Positions 25,242 through 38,100 of a stretch of 64,000 nucleotides of DNA are shown in pieces. The DNA is taken from the NCBI GenBank assembly GCA_002633005.1, contig NMRA01000025.1, positions 853,785-917,784 of the forward strand, written 5' to 3'. Under the pieces are notes generated by a model. It saw only the letters and a program-made list of their open reading frames with translations. It did not search any database and was not told where the DNA came from. Numbering within the stretch: the stretch's first letter is position 1; each line of letters starts with the position of its first letter. The DNA comes from Phoronis australis (lineage: Eukaryota; Animalia; Phoronida). The translations under genes were made by a program, and so were the position numbers.

Positions 25242-27371
25242 CTCTCGAGTTCCGAATAGCCGTATCTATACGATTATTTTTTTCCAGACTTGTTTTCCGG
25301 TCTATACGACGCTTATTCTGGTCTCTACGTTTATTAATTTCCTAACCTTTTTCCGCTCTCTACGATTATTTAATTTAATTTAGCAAGTTTACATTTTTTG
25401 TTTCGTTGAATACAATTTTGTTACATAAAAACTTCGTTGCTGACACCGGGTACCGTACCTTGGTTGTAAGACATAATAAATTCTGATTTTTTCGCTCTAA
25501 ACCTCTAGACCACGAAACACTCAGTTCAGAATTCGAAATTTAGAAGAGCTATATACGACTCCGCGTTACACACGGAGGTCTAATGTCATACAGATTAAAA
25601 GATTTTATTCGCTAAAACATACAACTGTACGTTTCAAAGCATGAATAATCGGAATCCCAAGCAAGGGTTTACGCAGCGGCTGTCTGTTGGACGGCCAGAA
25701 TGTTATTTTGGACGGGTTCGATGAGATCGGTCAGAATTAAGAAAGTGTTGGCAAAATTTAAAAAGCTTGAAATAATGACCACTTCTCTTAATATTAAAGG
25801 ATGGTCGGCAGTCGCTCAAAGAAACAGACCATCAGTAATTTAAGAAATGAGAAATTTAATGCACAAAAAGTGCATTTTTCAATATTCGCCCCGTGACACA
25901 GATCGTTGTTACCGGCAGCTCAATATACCTATGAATAAAAACGCTTTCGATGAGTTTCTTTGGATGATCCAATATTTATGATTGCACCTTGTAAAAAACT
26001 GGAAAGCCGTAACAACTATTCACTGTGTCTGTCCCCGAAGTTTGCGTTTCCGGGGGAGTAATTCCGGTATTTTGCACAGTGTCATCTGCAGTTTCCGTCA
26101 TTATTGACATGCGCATTCTATATACTTAATCATGTCGTCTGCCGCGCTAAGGCCTAAAGAATTCGAGGATTATTTTAAAAACCAAGAGATGTTCCAGATA
26201 CAGACATTGATTCAGATGCTGGTACGACAAATAACCAGCTACAGATACGGACCGTGGTGATAACGCGGCAAGTCAACGAAGTGCAAATAGAAGATGGACT
26301 TGTGACAATCTTGAAAATGACATAGTTGCTAATGTACGGCAATCCAGTCCTTATCTATTGAAATTGATTTCTACTTGCTCTCCTGTCCAAATAAATGGAA
26401 AAATGCACGTGAATCGGTTTGTTTATTAGGCCTATTAAACCTAATTACGTATTCAAGATGGTGGACGTAGTCGTGGTCGTAGACTCGAATGTTGGGCAGT
26501 TCTGCAAGGAATCTCAATTTCTAGCCGTGTAAAATTTTGGATGTACCGACTTTTTGACGTCGAATTCTGACTAACATTACAAGGGTATTGATTATGAACG
26601 TTGTGCAAGACATGAGATTGAGAGAAAACAAAGGCTCGATTGTCAGGAACATGTATGTTAAAAATGCGACTTGTTTTACCAAGATGCTTTATTGTCTTTA
26701 TTCAGACTGTCGCCTTTGTAGAAGACTGGACGTTGCTGCTGAAATCTTTACCTCCTTGTTATAATTTTTGGACTTAGTCGACATTGGCATCTCTAGTATG
26801 AGTGTCACATTCTTTGAGTAAAATGATAAGCAATACTGTTTGAAACATCTATACAGACTTCCATTTAAAGTTATTGAATAAACGAATGGTCTTTGTTTTA
26901 GCAATGACACTTTATTCCACTTCATGGCATGGGTGGATACACCACTGCAATAATTTAACTATGCTAATGTTCAATTTAAAAGTTTTTCTTTGCAACAAAT
27001 ACTTAAAGCGGTGGTAAGTCAGACAGAATTTGCTTCTTTGCACTATTACTCCAATCCCATCTATATCATTATTAGATTTTGCACTTCCTATTATTTCCAT
27101 CTACTATTACTAGATTTTACGCAAATTTGTAATGAATGTTATTATTCCAATCTATAGTATGTTTAAATTTCCACAAATTTGCCGTCTATACCATTATTCC
27201 ATTCTATACTATTATTAATTTTTTCCGACAATTTCCAGTCTATACTATTATTCTACTTTTCTAGTGGCAAAAATGTTGGGTCTATACTATTATTAGAGTC
27301 TCTACTATTAATAAAAATCGTGAAATTTTCCGGTCTTTACTATGTCTCTACAACTATGCGTAACTCCAGAG
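25242..27371 (+). mobile_element. Tc1/mariner-superfamily-like non-autonomous element, 2.1 kb, TA TSD
   Basis: TA-CTCTCGAGTT ... AACTCCAGAG-TA termini with many subterminal TCTATAC repeats. Two more partial copies in the window. Confidence 0.75.
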
Positions 27372-27627
27372 TATACACTAGGCAACACGTAGCCCCTCGG
27401 TTGGCCATTTAGGGGCTACAATACTTCCATTTGCTTTCTGTACGTATTTCGTTACATGTATTTTAAGTGGGTGGTAGGCCAAACCCGACCACCGATTTTG
27501 AGTTTTCACCTCGTCAAAAATACATTCCACACTTAAACTACCATTTAAAAAAGCACTTACTTTCATCATTGGTCTTTTCTTGTTCTATACATATCTTCGA
27601 TGAAGCTTAGTTGTGAGAATGAAGTTG

Positions 27628-28408
27628 GGTTATTGTTTACAATATGACGACATTGACTTACACATGATTTTGGTATCGTTCGATTCCTTGCAAAGTTATC
27701 TTTCCAAAAATACACAGGGAATTTTCCTACCCCGTTCCCTAAGTATTTTATCGTGAAATTTCTTCTCGCACTATTTCCCGGTACTCGGTAGTAATACCGC
27801 AATGTTGAATGGAAGGAGTCCCCTGGCAGTCAAAAACTGAACTAATCTTCCGCGACTTCTGCAGATCGTCACTTTTCAGAAGTTCAAACTGACCGAGACT
27901 CGCCTATACCCTGCCCCAGTTACGGTCTCAAGGGTTCGAATTCGATCCTATGGCGACCCTGGTACGCATCTGCTAGCAAGAATCCGCGAAAAAAGCGAAG
28001 GTTGTTCTTGAGGTCCAAATTGGTGAAAGGGGTTAGTATCACTTTAGACAACTTCGTGGAAAATGGTCAATGGTCACAATTATAAAAAATTAGAAAAGGT
28101 AAAATGCTACTACATATCCTCCATATTATGTCAGGAAAACTTTAGTGGGAATCTCGGCACGGGCAAACACCATTCAGAAACGATGATGCTGTTTCATTCA
28201 TTAACAACAGGTGACGCTGTAATCTTGAGTTGAGCTAACATGGCGGTGTCAACCGGGAAATAGTGCGAACCGAAATTCGAGAATAAAATTCGGAGCACAC
28301 GTGGTAGGGGAAACATTGATACATTTTTGGAAAGATAACGTTGCGAGGAATCGAACGATGCCAAAATCATGTGTGTTGGTCAATGTTGTCATATTGTAAA
28401 CAATTACC
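27628..28408. mobile_element. Fold-back MITE with ~150-bp TIRs, TTAA at the right end (Kolobok-like)
   Basis: 27628-27781 is the reverse complement of ~28254-28408 (ATTGTTTACAATATGAC..TCGTTCGATTCCT..CACTATTTCCCGG). Confidence 0.7.
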
Positions 28409-28653
28409 TTAAGTTGACTTTGGTGAAAAATTTCAACTCCACTTTTTGGTAGCCGTTAAATTTTTCACCGCGTGCGGTAACCACAAAGTATGTCAAATGA
28501 GTCACCTGAGTTAGGCAAAGTCTAGCACGAGACTGAGCGAAGCGCGTGACACTTGCAAAATAGCATGAGAATGTATCAGGTGAAATTTGTAAGATTTGTC
28601 TCCCTTGAACTGTTTATTCATCAACATGTGTGATTTCACGAAACTTCCTCAAA

Positions 28654-31600
28654 ATGGCTCCCGGTAAGAGAAACTCGAGCAAACCGCGACAGATTTTCAT
28701 TGATTTGTTCAAATTTTCTTACTGAATAGTTTCCAGACTTATGGTACAGTCAAGTGACCTAATTATCGGACGTTTTGGCACATTTTGCATTATATTTAAT
28801 TGAAAATACTACGGATTGTTGTAAATTCTTTGCTGAAATAAAGAATTACCTTTATAGAATTGTTGTGTTACTATATCTTGTCACCGAAAGCCACATTTAT
28901 GTTCCGACTGAACTTTAAAAAACACAACAAGCAAACCTTCGGAGAACCTAAATATCGGACACCATGTTTCCCCATACGCCACACCGCGGAAAACTGACTA
29001 ACCACGTAATGGCCGCGGGCACCTTGTAGCCAAATTTCAGCTCGAGTGTTTTGACATATATGCTGCTAGAACACAGGTCCATTCGCAACAAAATTATCCA
29101 TGAAATGAAATCTGATGACGGCGCCAAGTCATTTCGATGAATTAGTGCAGACGACTAAAGCACGTGCAAACTCACTGCAGTTTTTATTATCACTTTGGCT
29201 TCTTGATATGACACCCGCACGTGCGCGGTCGGGGTTTGACTTGAGTTTAAAAACAAATAAAAAAATGGAACAGTAACATATTGTCAGTTCAATGAGAAAG
29301 TTTCATTGTGGAAAAAGATTTTATTTTCAACTTTTATAACCGATTTATGCGATCGTCCAGTTTAGGCCGACTTGGGGGTCTAAATTGCACCCTCTCTCGG
29401 TGAAATCAAAACGAGGCAACGCTGTAAAAAACGAGACGGTGCCGGACATTGAATGCATTACAACGGAACAACAATTGGTGTCATTTAATTCTCAGATTAT
29501 GCTTCAAGTAAGATTTTTTGAAATGTCCGATATTTAGGTTCCGTCCGATAATTAGGTAGGTGTAGTGTGGGCATGCTTCTATCACAAGCAGTGTTACAGA
29601 CACTAACGGATGTAACAAAAATTGAAAGAGCTCTTAAAAAAGAAAAAGACCAAGCTGATGATGGAAATAATGTTGAGCTCACTAGAAAATTAAGGAAATT
29701 GTCATTCAGTTACATGTACATTTAACAGTGCTCAAAGAAATATACTATACATGTCTTGCCACCACAATGAACCACTTGCAACAAATCAGATTTCATCACA
29801 GGGGAACTTCACAAACAAAAGAAAAGTTGAAAGGCTATCCCAGTTCCAAACATTCAATTGTCAATACGCCTACCTATTCTTAATTTGAAAAGGTGTCATT
29901 CATGGTAAATAATCTTTAGTTTAGGTCACAGAACAAAAATTATTTTGCTTGATGAATTTGTAGTAATAGTGGTCTCAATCTCAAATGTATTGGCAGTAGT
30001 TTTTATCTACATGTAAGTGATAAGCACTGCTTTTTATGAACTTCTAAGCCTATTTTGAGATTTATGTAAAATCATGAGCAGTGTTTGGAATTTNTTTATT
30101 TAATTATTTATGATTGCAGAAGCCTGTTAAAGGTGAGAACAAATCAAACAATACGATATTGGGTAATTTATTAGAACAATGTATCAAGGTTCAATGATCA
30201 ACTTGCACCGACAAAGTCTCAAAGGGTTACAGTTCTGTTTTGGCTGACAAGGTGTTAACAGAGAATGAAGAAAAACTGAAAAGAAAAGAAAGACAGCAGA
30301 GATAAGTGGTGTTAAGAACAACAAGAGCAAAAAGTCAAATAAAGAGGACACAAATAGAAAATAAGTAAGGTCTATCTGGAATAAAGCAACTGCGATTTAT
30401 TTTCCAGAACTGAAATTCTAAATCAATTTTAATAGATTTAAAAATAGATATCATACTAGTAAAACAGTTTGTGGTTGAAGTAGAATTGCTGTAAACAACT
30501 TTCCACTATTTCCTTGGCCTTTTTCTGTGTGGTTTTCTGTTCTTTCAAAAGGCGGCAGCATATGACGAACATAGGAGTCATTATAAAATGGCTGCCGAAA
30601 AGCAATGCACAGTTCAACAACTCGGCATAAATAAAAGAAAACTTTTGAATCAACTAATACTATGGATTTGTGAGAGTCAAATCAAGCTCTATGCAGAGCA
30701 TAACTTTGAAGTGGAATAATTGGATGAGTACGACAACAAGTCGGTTTTATGCTTAGGCGGACGACCATTGGGTTCCCGAGTATACTAATGATGGCAGAGT
30801 TGGACCACAATCCACACTACTACTACTAGTCACAGCCTTCCGTGTTTGATTGTGCCGCAATGACTCAGGAGAAAGCTGATGTAGAGAGGGCCAATCTGAT
30901 GTTGACTTCTAGGCGGCATGACCTCTATTTATTGAATGGGGAAGAGTGTGAATAATCTGCTGTGAGGCCTCCTTTAATCAATCGCCTATGCCATGGGCAA
31001 TTGCTCATTGGTCAAGTGGTTAGGATGCCTGACATTGAAGCAAGAGATGCGGTGTTCAAAATCTGAATGTGATTTTTCAGTAGATAAATAAGAGGTTGTC
31101 AAATTGAGACCTGAAGTTAAATCATTGCAAGAATGAGCAAACAGTAAAAATAGATTTGAGTTCAATACACAACTTTGCTTATTTATTTATCACTTTATAG
31201 TGCAAAGCAAAGAAGTTTTCTTTAATTCCAGTTATCATACCCACAATCTCTTTTGTTCACACAATGAAACAAATTTCTTTGTTATCAACGGAAACCAGTT
31301 CAGGGTCTTAGTCTTACTTTTAACTTTCTACACTAGTGTTCTGTGTAATTCTTAACCTATTGACCTCTTCTAGCAGACTTTAGTAGAATCTGATATGTTT
31401 GATACTGAGACTGGAGTATTATGAGAAAAGATGGTTTTCAGTTGTTACACTACAAGGAATGAATTATTAAATGTTTTTTGCAACAACACAGGGCAATTAT
31501 ATATGAAACAATATGTTCAAAATTCAGAGGCCAAGAGAGCAAGGTGTTGACAGTCTCAACCAAATTTGAGAGGATTGCAGATAAACATTTCCCATCTGAA

Positions 31601-31884
31601 CAAGAGAGTGAAAAAGGATGGTGGGATATGTCAATCAGAGCGCATGGTCAGGAGATGAAATTTAAAAGGCGCAGTGCCCTGCTGTCAGAGGCTGTGGAGA
31701 CCCCTGCCTGTACCTTGAAACAACTACTGGCCATAGTCATACAACTCAAGAGCAGTGTGGGACTGTTGACTTGTGGTGATTGGGAAATTCATCCAAGAAA
31801 ATCTCTTAGACAACACAACAGAATATGCTCAGTAACCAAGCTGTGCCCCAGTCATATCCCACTCAACATTAGCAGTACTACATA
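28654..31884 (+). pseudogene. Decayed multi-exon gene or transposon gene of unknown family
   Basis: Exon-like pieces: 28654-28663 (ATG GCT CCC G|GTAAG), 29592-29694, 30120-30364, 30552-~30910, 31375-~31432, 31528-~31884. The first three join in frame but carry stops, frameshifts and a GA in place of a GT donor. Confidence 0.4.
28747..29567. mobile_element. Tc1-like MITE, ~820 bp
   Basis: TA-CAGTCAAGTGACCTAATTATCGGAC at left, GTCCGATAATTAGGT..AGTG at right. Inner inverted pair GAACCTAAATATCGGACA (28943) and TGTCCGATATTTAGGTTC (29524). Confidence 0.65.
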
Positions 31885-32116
31885 ACTCTAACCTATTCTT
31901 TTAAGTGGTATCTCTACTTCAACATTGATCACAAGCTCAACTTGATTTTAACCCTAATGACAAACTTATATGTAAGGCAAACGCAACCCAACATTTTCGC
32001 TAATAAAAAGTTGCACCACATAACATCCTATCCAGGCTTTACTATCCCTCAGGCCAGCCAACTTATATGAACATTTCATTGACCTGTGTATAAATGGTAT
32101 TTCTGTTCTTTTGTAG

Positions 32117-35100
32117 TGTCCTGTTATTCTGTGGACAAACAGATCTACATAACCTTGTCAGACACACAAAACATGTGTTTCAGGATACTAAATGGCACCC
32201 ACCAGTTTGGATGCAGCTGTGAGTATTGTATACTGGTCTTGCTACTTTGATTAAAGGATGGAATGAGGGGGCGGTGGGTTATGGTTTACGAACTGCAGTA
32301 ATTCTAGTTTACAGTGGAATGCGGTTGGCTTAAAGTACAAAATCACATCTGCTATGGACTTCAAACCAGAGTTCATGAGTGTGAAAAGCATTATTTTCAC
32401 GTTTACTGATAATCCCAACGGTAGTTGTTTGTCAGTTTGTCACCTTTTGATGCTAGGAATTGAACTACAAGTATACCTAATAAAATGCACGTTTAGTTTA
32501 ACTCGGGCATTGATTAAGTAAACTTTTTGCTACATTGATGTTCTTTGTTCGTCAAAGTGATGGACACGCTGACGTTAGATGTGCTTTTTGTTGTGAAAAT
32601 GAGTTGATAAGTGTTGCTATAATCTTATTGCTCTAGTTTAAAGATGCATCGAACGTGAAAGCTCATCAAAAATATCTTTTAAACAAGTCCTTATGATAGT
32701 ACCATATCGCAACGTCTAGTACAGAGCAATTCACTTTCCCTTGTGAGGTTATTTCCAGAAAAAATCACAAAATTCACGATTTTTGAAATACATACGATGG
32801 AAAAAGTCTGTGGTTACTACAGAGTTACTAATCTCCTTTCCGCTTATGATAAATACACGCATACACCCACAGTCAGTTGCTTGAAGTTGCTTGAGGTCAA
32901 AGGTCACATATTTCATATAAGGGAAATCAGCTATGTCTATGTCTTGCAATAAGGAGATGTACTTTACCTTGTGAGAGAGAAGTGGCGAGCAGTTGACAGA
33001 TGGTTTTTTTGAAATTTGAAACTAAAAGAAAATGCTTTAATAAGAATGGAAATCAAAAACCTTTACGAACATACCCTAAAGATACCTGGTGAACAGGTTG
33101 AATTTCAGTGGCTGAGACCCACTTACAATTTTGCAATTTAGTCTGTTTATTGCGTTCCACGCCTCTTTAAGCAAACTGCTTGCAACACAATGCTCTAGAA
33201 GAGCCACAGTTTGTTATTGTACTTTTGCAGCAATACCAAGCAGAATAAGTGGTAATGTTGGCACTGTTCATTTGGCTGCCAAACAGACAGACGTTGACTG
33301 GATCATTGATAAAGGCGAGAATGATCCATACATTGTGTTGCTTGAGCCTGACATGTTCAAAAGGTTTGTACACATACAGCTGAATAAAATTTTTGATTTT
33401 TTGCAGTAAGTGTTGACATAACCCATGACGAGTTTCGTTTGAGAAGTTTATAATTATCTAACTGAAAGTGAAATGTGACAACAAATTTTACTGCAACTGT
33501 GTAGTGTTAAAAGTAATTTTTTGTTCATGTTCGTGCATACTTGTAGTTTGCGGACAACATTGTATATACTATATTTTCTTTCAAACAGGTCTGTTGTTAT
33601 TAAACTGGCCAAATCAGACAAAGTGAATGGCATACTCTTGATAAGATCAAACAAGACATTGCCCCATGAAGGCTTTTCATCAGACACAAAATGTCCTAAC
33701 CAATACTCAGGTTAGTATGTGCATTTATAGCTTTCATGATCAATATTTGAATGAAATCTAAGTTCTATTTTCACGCTGAATTATGCGGTATGTAGCCATG
33801 GTGTGTGACTGGTACAGACACATCGCTCACCAGTGGGTGAGATTTACCTCTGCCTGTGTGGTCTGTAGCCAAGGCGTGCAACTGGTAGAAACACACCCCT
33901 CACCAATAGGTGAGGTTTGCCTTCTGGTTGTAGAGATTTACTTCAACCTGAGCAGTTTAAATTTTGTTCACTCTCAGTGATACAATGATTTTGAAGAGAG
34001 GAAATTGGTGATGAACTATAGAGGTGAAACTTAAAGACTTAGCAGCAAAAGGCCTTCCTTTTTCAATAACTATTAGTCAACACATTGCAAGATCAAGTGA
34101 ATGATTCAGTTTTGTTCACTGCTACCATTGCTTTGAGCTAGATCCTACGTGTATGATTTCTCCCAAAATTGGTTCCTTAATAAACAACTAGCGCCTCCTG
34201 TGAGAGACCAAAATATTATTCACCTAAAACACTTGCTCAAGGTTCAAGAATGTTACTGTTTCCCTACAGCCATTGGTTTACCTGTCTTAATGGTCAGGAA
34301 CACTTATTGATTTAGAGTGTTCATTGACAAGAAGTGCTCCAACTTTTTGAGAAATGATAAGAGTGCAATGTTCAGCTTCTAATAAATGTTTGTCTAGTAT
34401 GGATATAAATAGTCTAATAGTTTCTCTTTGATATCCCAGTGTCTATTGAAAGAAGACTACTGTTGGTTGAAATAAGTTCTGTCTTTGATGGGTCTTACAT
34501 GCTTGGGACATTCTCTATGTGAGCCAGTGTTATTGTACAACGTTTTCTCACTAGTCCGACAGAGAACCAAGTTTATTACCAGCATCGAGACTATTTTCTG
34601 TCACCTTGTTTGTTTCTCATTTCAGGGATGTATAGTGATGATTCAAACTCTTGTAAGGAGGAAGACTCGCTGTGGAATCCCTTTGGCAGTGGCTTATTAA
34701 AAGAAGATCTCAATATCCCCATCTTCCTTGTAAAGAAAGAGACAGAAATAGATGTGCTACTCAACAAGGTTAGAGATATACTTTGAAAGTGTCCTGTTAA
34801 GCACACACCATGACAAATCATTGGATTTCGAACTTTGCTTTCATGGTTTTGTGTAGCTTTCCGACAAAAAAATTTCCAGACTTGCCTGAAATTGATGCTG
34901 GCATTTTTTTCTAGTCATTGAGAGCAGGTCTATAAATGAGGCATGGGCAGAGACAGAGCTATTTATTGCTTTAATTTTTAGCTTTATACGATTCTAGTTT
35001 TTGTACTTTTCTTTATCATGGGCTGTATCATTTTCAGTGCTGGTCTAGGAATAAGCCTGTCAATGGAATGGAGAAGGAGTTTCCATTGTGTGGGGCTGAG

Positions 35101-38100
35101 TTGAAGGCCACAATGCATGGCGTGCAGAACTCTGAAGCTTGCTTACGAAGGACACACTCAATAATGTCGTTGTCGCCTGGTAACATGAACAATTAAATGG
35201 GCAATCTTCATAGGTGTAATCGTTATGTAATCGCCCAATTGTTTGTATTGTGCATGTATTTTTTACCCGTGTATCTGTATGTGAAGCAGGGCCTGTATGT
35301 GAAGTACTTGTGATTTCTAGGAGCATGTTTGTTGAATAGCATGTGTCAGGTTGACTTATCCAAAACGGTAGATATGAATGGATTTCCCCTTTGAAATTTC
35401 CTTTTGGTCATAAACCATGCGACAGTGACTGAGTTTCACTGATGTCTTCAGGACTTGGAATTTTCCTCTTTTAAGAGGATTTCCCCTTTTTTAGTTTCAA
35501 TTTCTTCACTTGATTTCCAGTTTACTGTTTTTCCGTCTCTTTTTTATCAATATTTTGACTTTATTCATGTAAAATGTTTATTTCAGTTAAATTTCATGAC
35601 ACAAAAAACATTTCTATCAAACAAGCCTATTTATTTGTGGAACGATACATCACCTGTAAAATTTTCTTCTTTTTTGTCATTTGTCATTCCAAGCCACGTG
35701 TATTGCAGAATATTCAAATTTGAGATTAATTAATGCATTGAATAGTTTTAAAAATAGGCAAAATTTACTAAAAAATACCCAGTTCAAAACATGCGGAAGT
35801 AGAAGAACCTCATTGCAAATGAGTGAAAAGTGGCTAGTGAAATTTGATTTAAGGGGAAATCCAAAGTCTCAAGTGTTGTTTTCATTAACAACGTTGTAGG
35901 CACATTCCAACGTTATAACTAGTGATCCAACTTCCCTATAGATGTTATTTTTCCTTCTGTAACATTAAAGTTGTACATCTCAAATTTCACAACATTTGAG
36001 TATTCTGATAATCTGTATAATCTCACCGTTGCGTGGGTCATTTCAGAGTCTTATTGTAGTGTGATGGGAGGCAACAATGTCTTCACCACATTTAAAGCCA
36101 TCACTCCTCAAAAAAAATTACCTGAACGCTCCATCATTATGGCAATGACGAAGGTGAAGTATTATTTATGTCAGTCAGCTTGGTTTATTTATTGTCAAGT
36201 CTTGGTATTCTCCACAATCTGTTTCCACTCGTCACTGCGTCCAGTTTGAACTTTGCCGTGATGAGTTTGGTTTACTTGCGTCTAGTTTGAAAACCTATGC
36301 AACGAGTTTGAAGTATTGGGAGATTAGTCATTTTTTAAGCAAATCGTGATATGTTGGACTTTTAATACCAAAATCAATGTATTTATTCCAAGACTTAACA
36401 CACAGTCTCCAATGTACGGAGGTGGACTTTCGAATACGTACACGAATTTTATAATTTCAGTCGAGTTTGAGTTTTCTTTTGTGGAGAACGCTGAGGGTGT
36501 AATGGTTTTTAGGATGTTTTGTCTAATAATCCCTTTTATCTTAGAGAAAGATCGATATTGAGTCTCGAATGACTAGTTTGTATCAATGACAGTTTTAAAA
36601 TGAAATTGGCTTTGAACGTTTTTGCAACTAGTACTTTTAAGAAAAAAAGCAATGACTGGGTTTTGTTGGTTTGTGCAAAGTTTAAGTTATGCTACAGCAA
36701 AAGTGTTTGATGCAGGTTGACACTACTTGCAGCTATGCACTTAACAGTTCAACCAATCTGTAATTGTCTTTTCTGATCACAAAAGCTGATTCGGATCCTT
36801 GTTCACATCACCATGGATACGTGCAGTTCATGATAAAAGCAATCGGACAAAATACTGTATCCCTGTCATGACGGCTAATTCTGTTAACAAAAATTATTGT
36901 TTGTAACTTTTGTGTACAAAAGCAGTGTTCTCTTAATTCCCCCTTTGTGTCGGTTATCAAGAAAAATTATAATTCTGAAGCTGAATTCCTCTTCCGTCCG
37001 CGTGTGATGACAGGGAATGCCGGGTCATTTTATCCGAACACTTTAAAATTTGGCTTTTACTGCATGACTGTCTCGTAACTTATTGCGTTTGGCGCGCTTG
37101 CAGATGGACTCAACGTCCTTTTTTTATGAAGCTACACCTGGTGCTAACAGTCCCACGTCATGTAAGTAGTTATGCTGTCAACATTTTCTTAGTACATTTT
37201 ATTTCAGTTAGTGTTGTAGATAAATACAAAACAAGACATTACTGCCCAGGAATTGAAGTAACGTTATACCCAAGTAACATTAGTTAGGCTCATGGCAACA
37301 AATTGCCTTCATTGTGCAGTGAGATGTTTAAAGCTGCTATATGCAAGTTTAGCAAATGAGGTGATTAAAATCAAAGTGAGCCTTTTTTATTTTGACACCA
37401 GAGCGAGTTGTGATATTTGTTCCCCCTTGCTGTTTGTCCTTCCTTGCATTCTCGAATAGCCACAGGTTAGACTTTTTAAAGGACCTTATGATTAAATTTC
37501 TTGTGATTATTGTTAGAGAATGGTTTTTTGTTTTTTTCCTACCACAGTCGAAGGTCATGATTCATTTTGTTTACTTATAAAAGACGAAAAATTCAGTCTA
37601 TTTCATTGAATTTTATTTGCCTTATTTACCCAACTCGGGTTCAGCAACTTTAAATATTTCCTGGAAAAAACCAGCCACAATATTTTTGGAGAGTAAAATT
37701 AAGTTTGGTCTTGGTCATGCGTGGCCACATCTTGTCTTCCAGAGTTTGAGAGTCAGAGTGGATGATGGTTTCATGCTCTCTTTACTCTAAAGAGCTGTGT
37801 TTTGGTACCTTTTCACACTGTGTATTAAATGTCATACCATTCAATTCCAGCCGTGGTCGCTCTTTTGGCCGCTGGTCAGGTGCTCGGCATGCAACCAATC
37901 AAAGACGAGATCATCTCTTCGGACAATGACATAATGTTGACGTTCTTAGATGGAGTGAGTCATCCTCTTGCTAGTTATGGCCGTTTCATAATTATCCATT
38001 ATTTTAGCACAATTTTGGACTGTATTGATTTTCAAATGAGTTGTTGGATTTTTAATACAATGTGCATGACAAGTATAAATATTTGCCATGCACATTGTAT

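Noticed and set aside
27385-27476. Hydrophobic frame (ATILPFAFCTYFVTCILSG) as the nicastrin signal peptide
   Set aside because: No in-frame ATG before an upstream TAG, and no suitable phase-1 donor.
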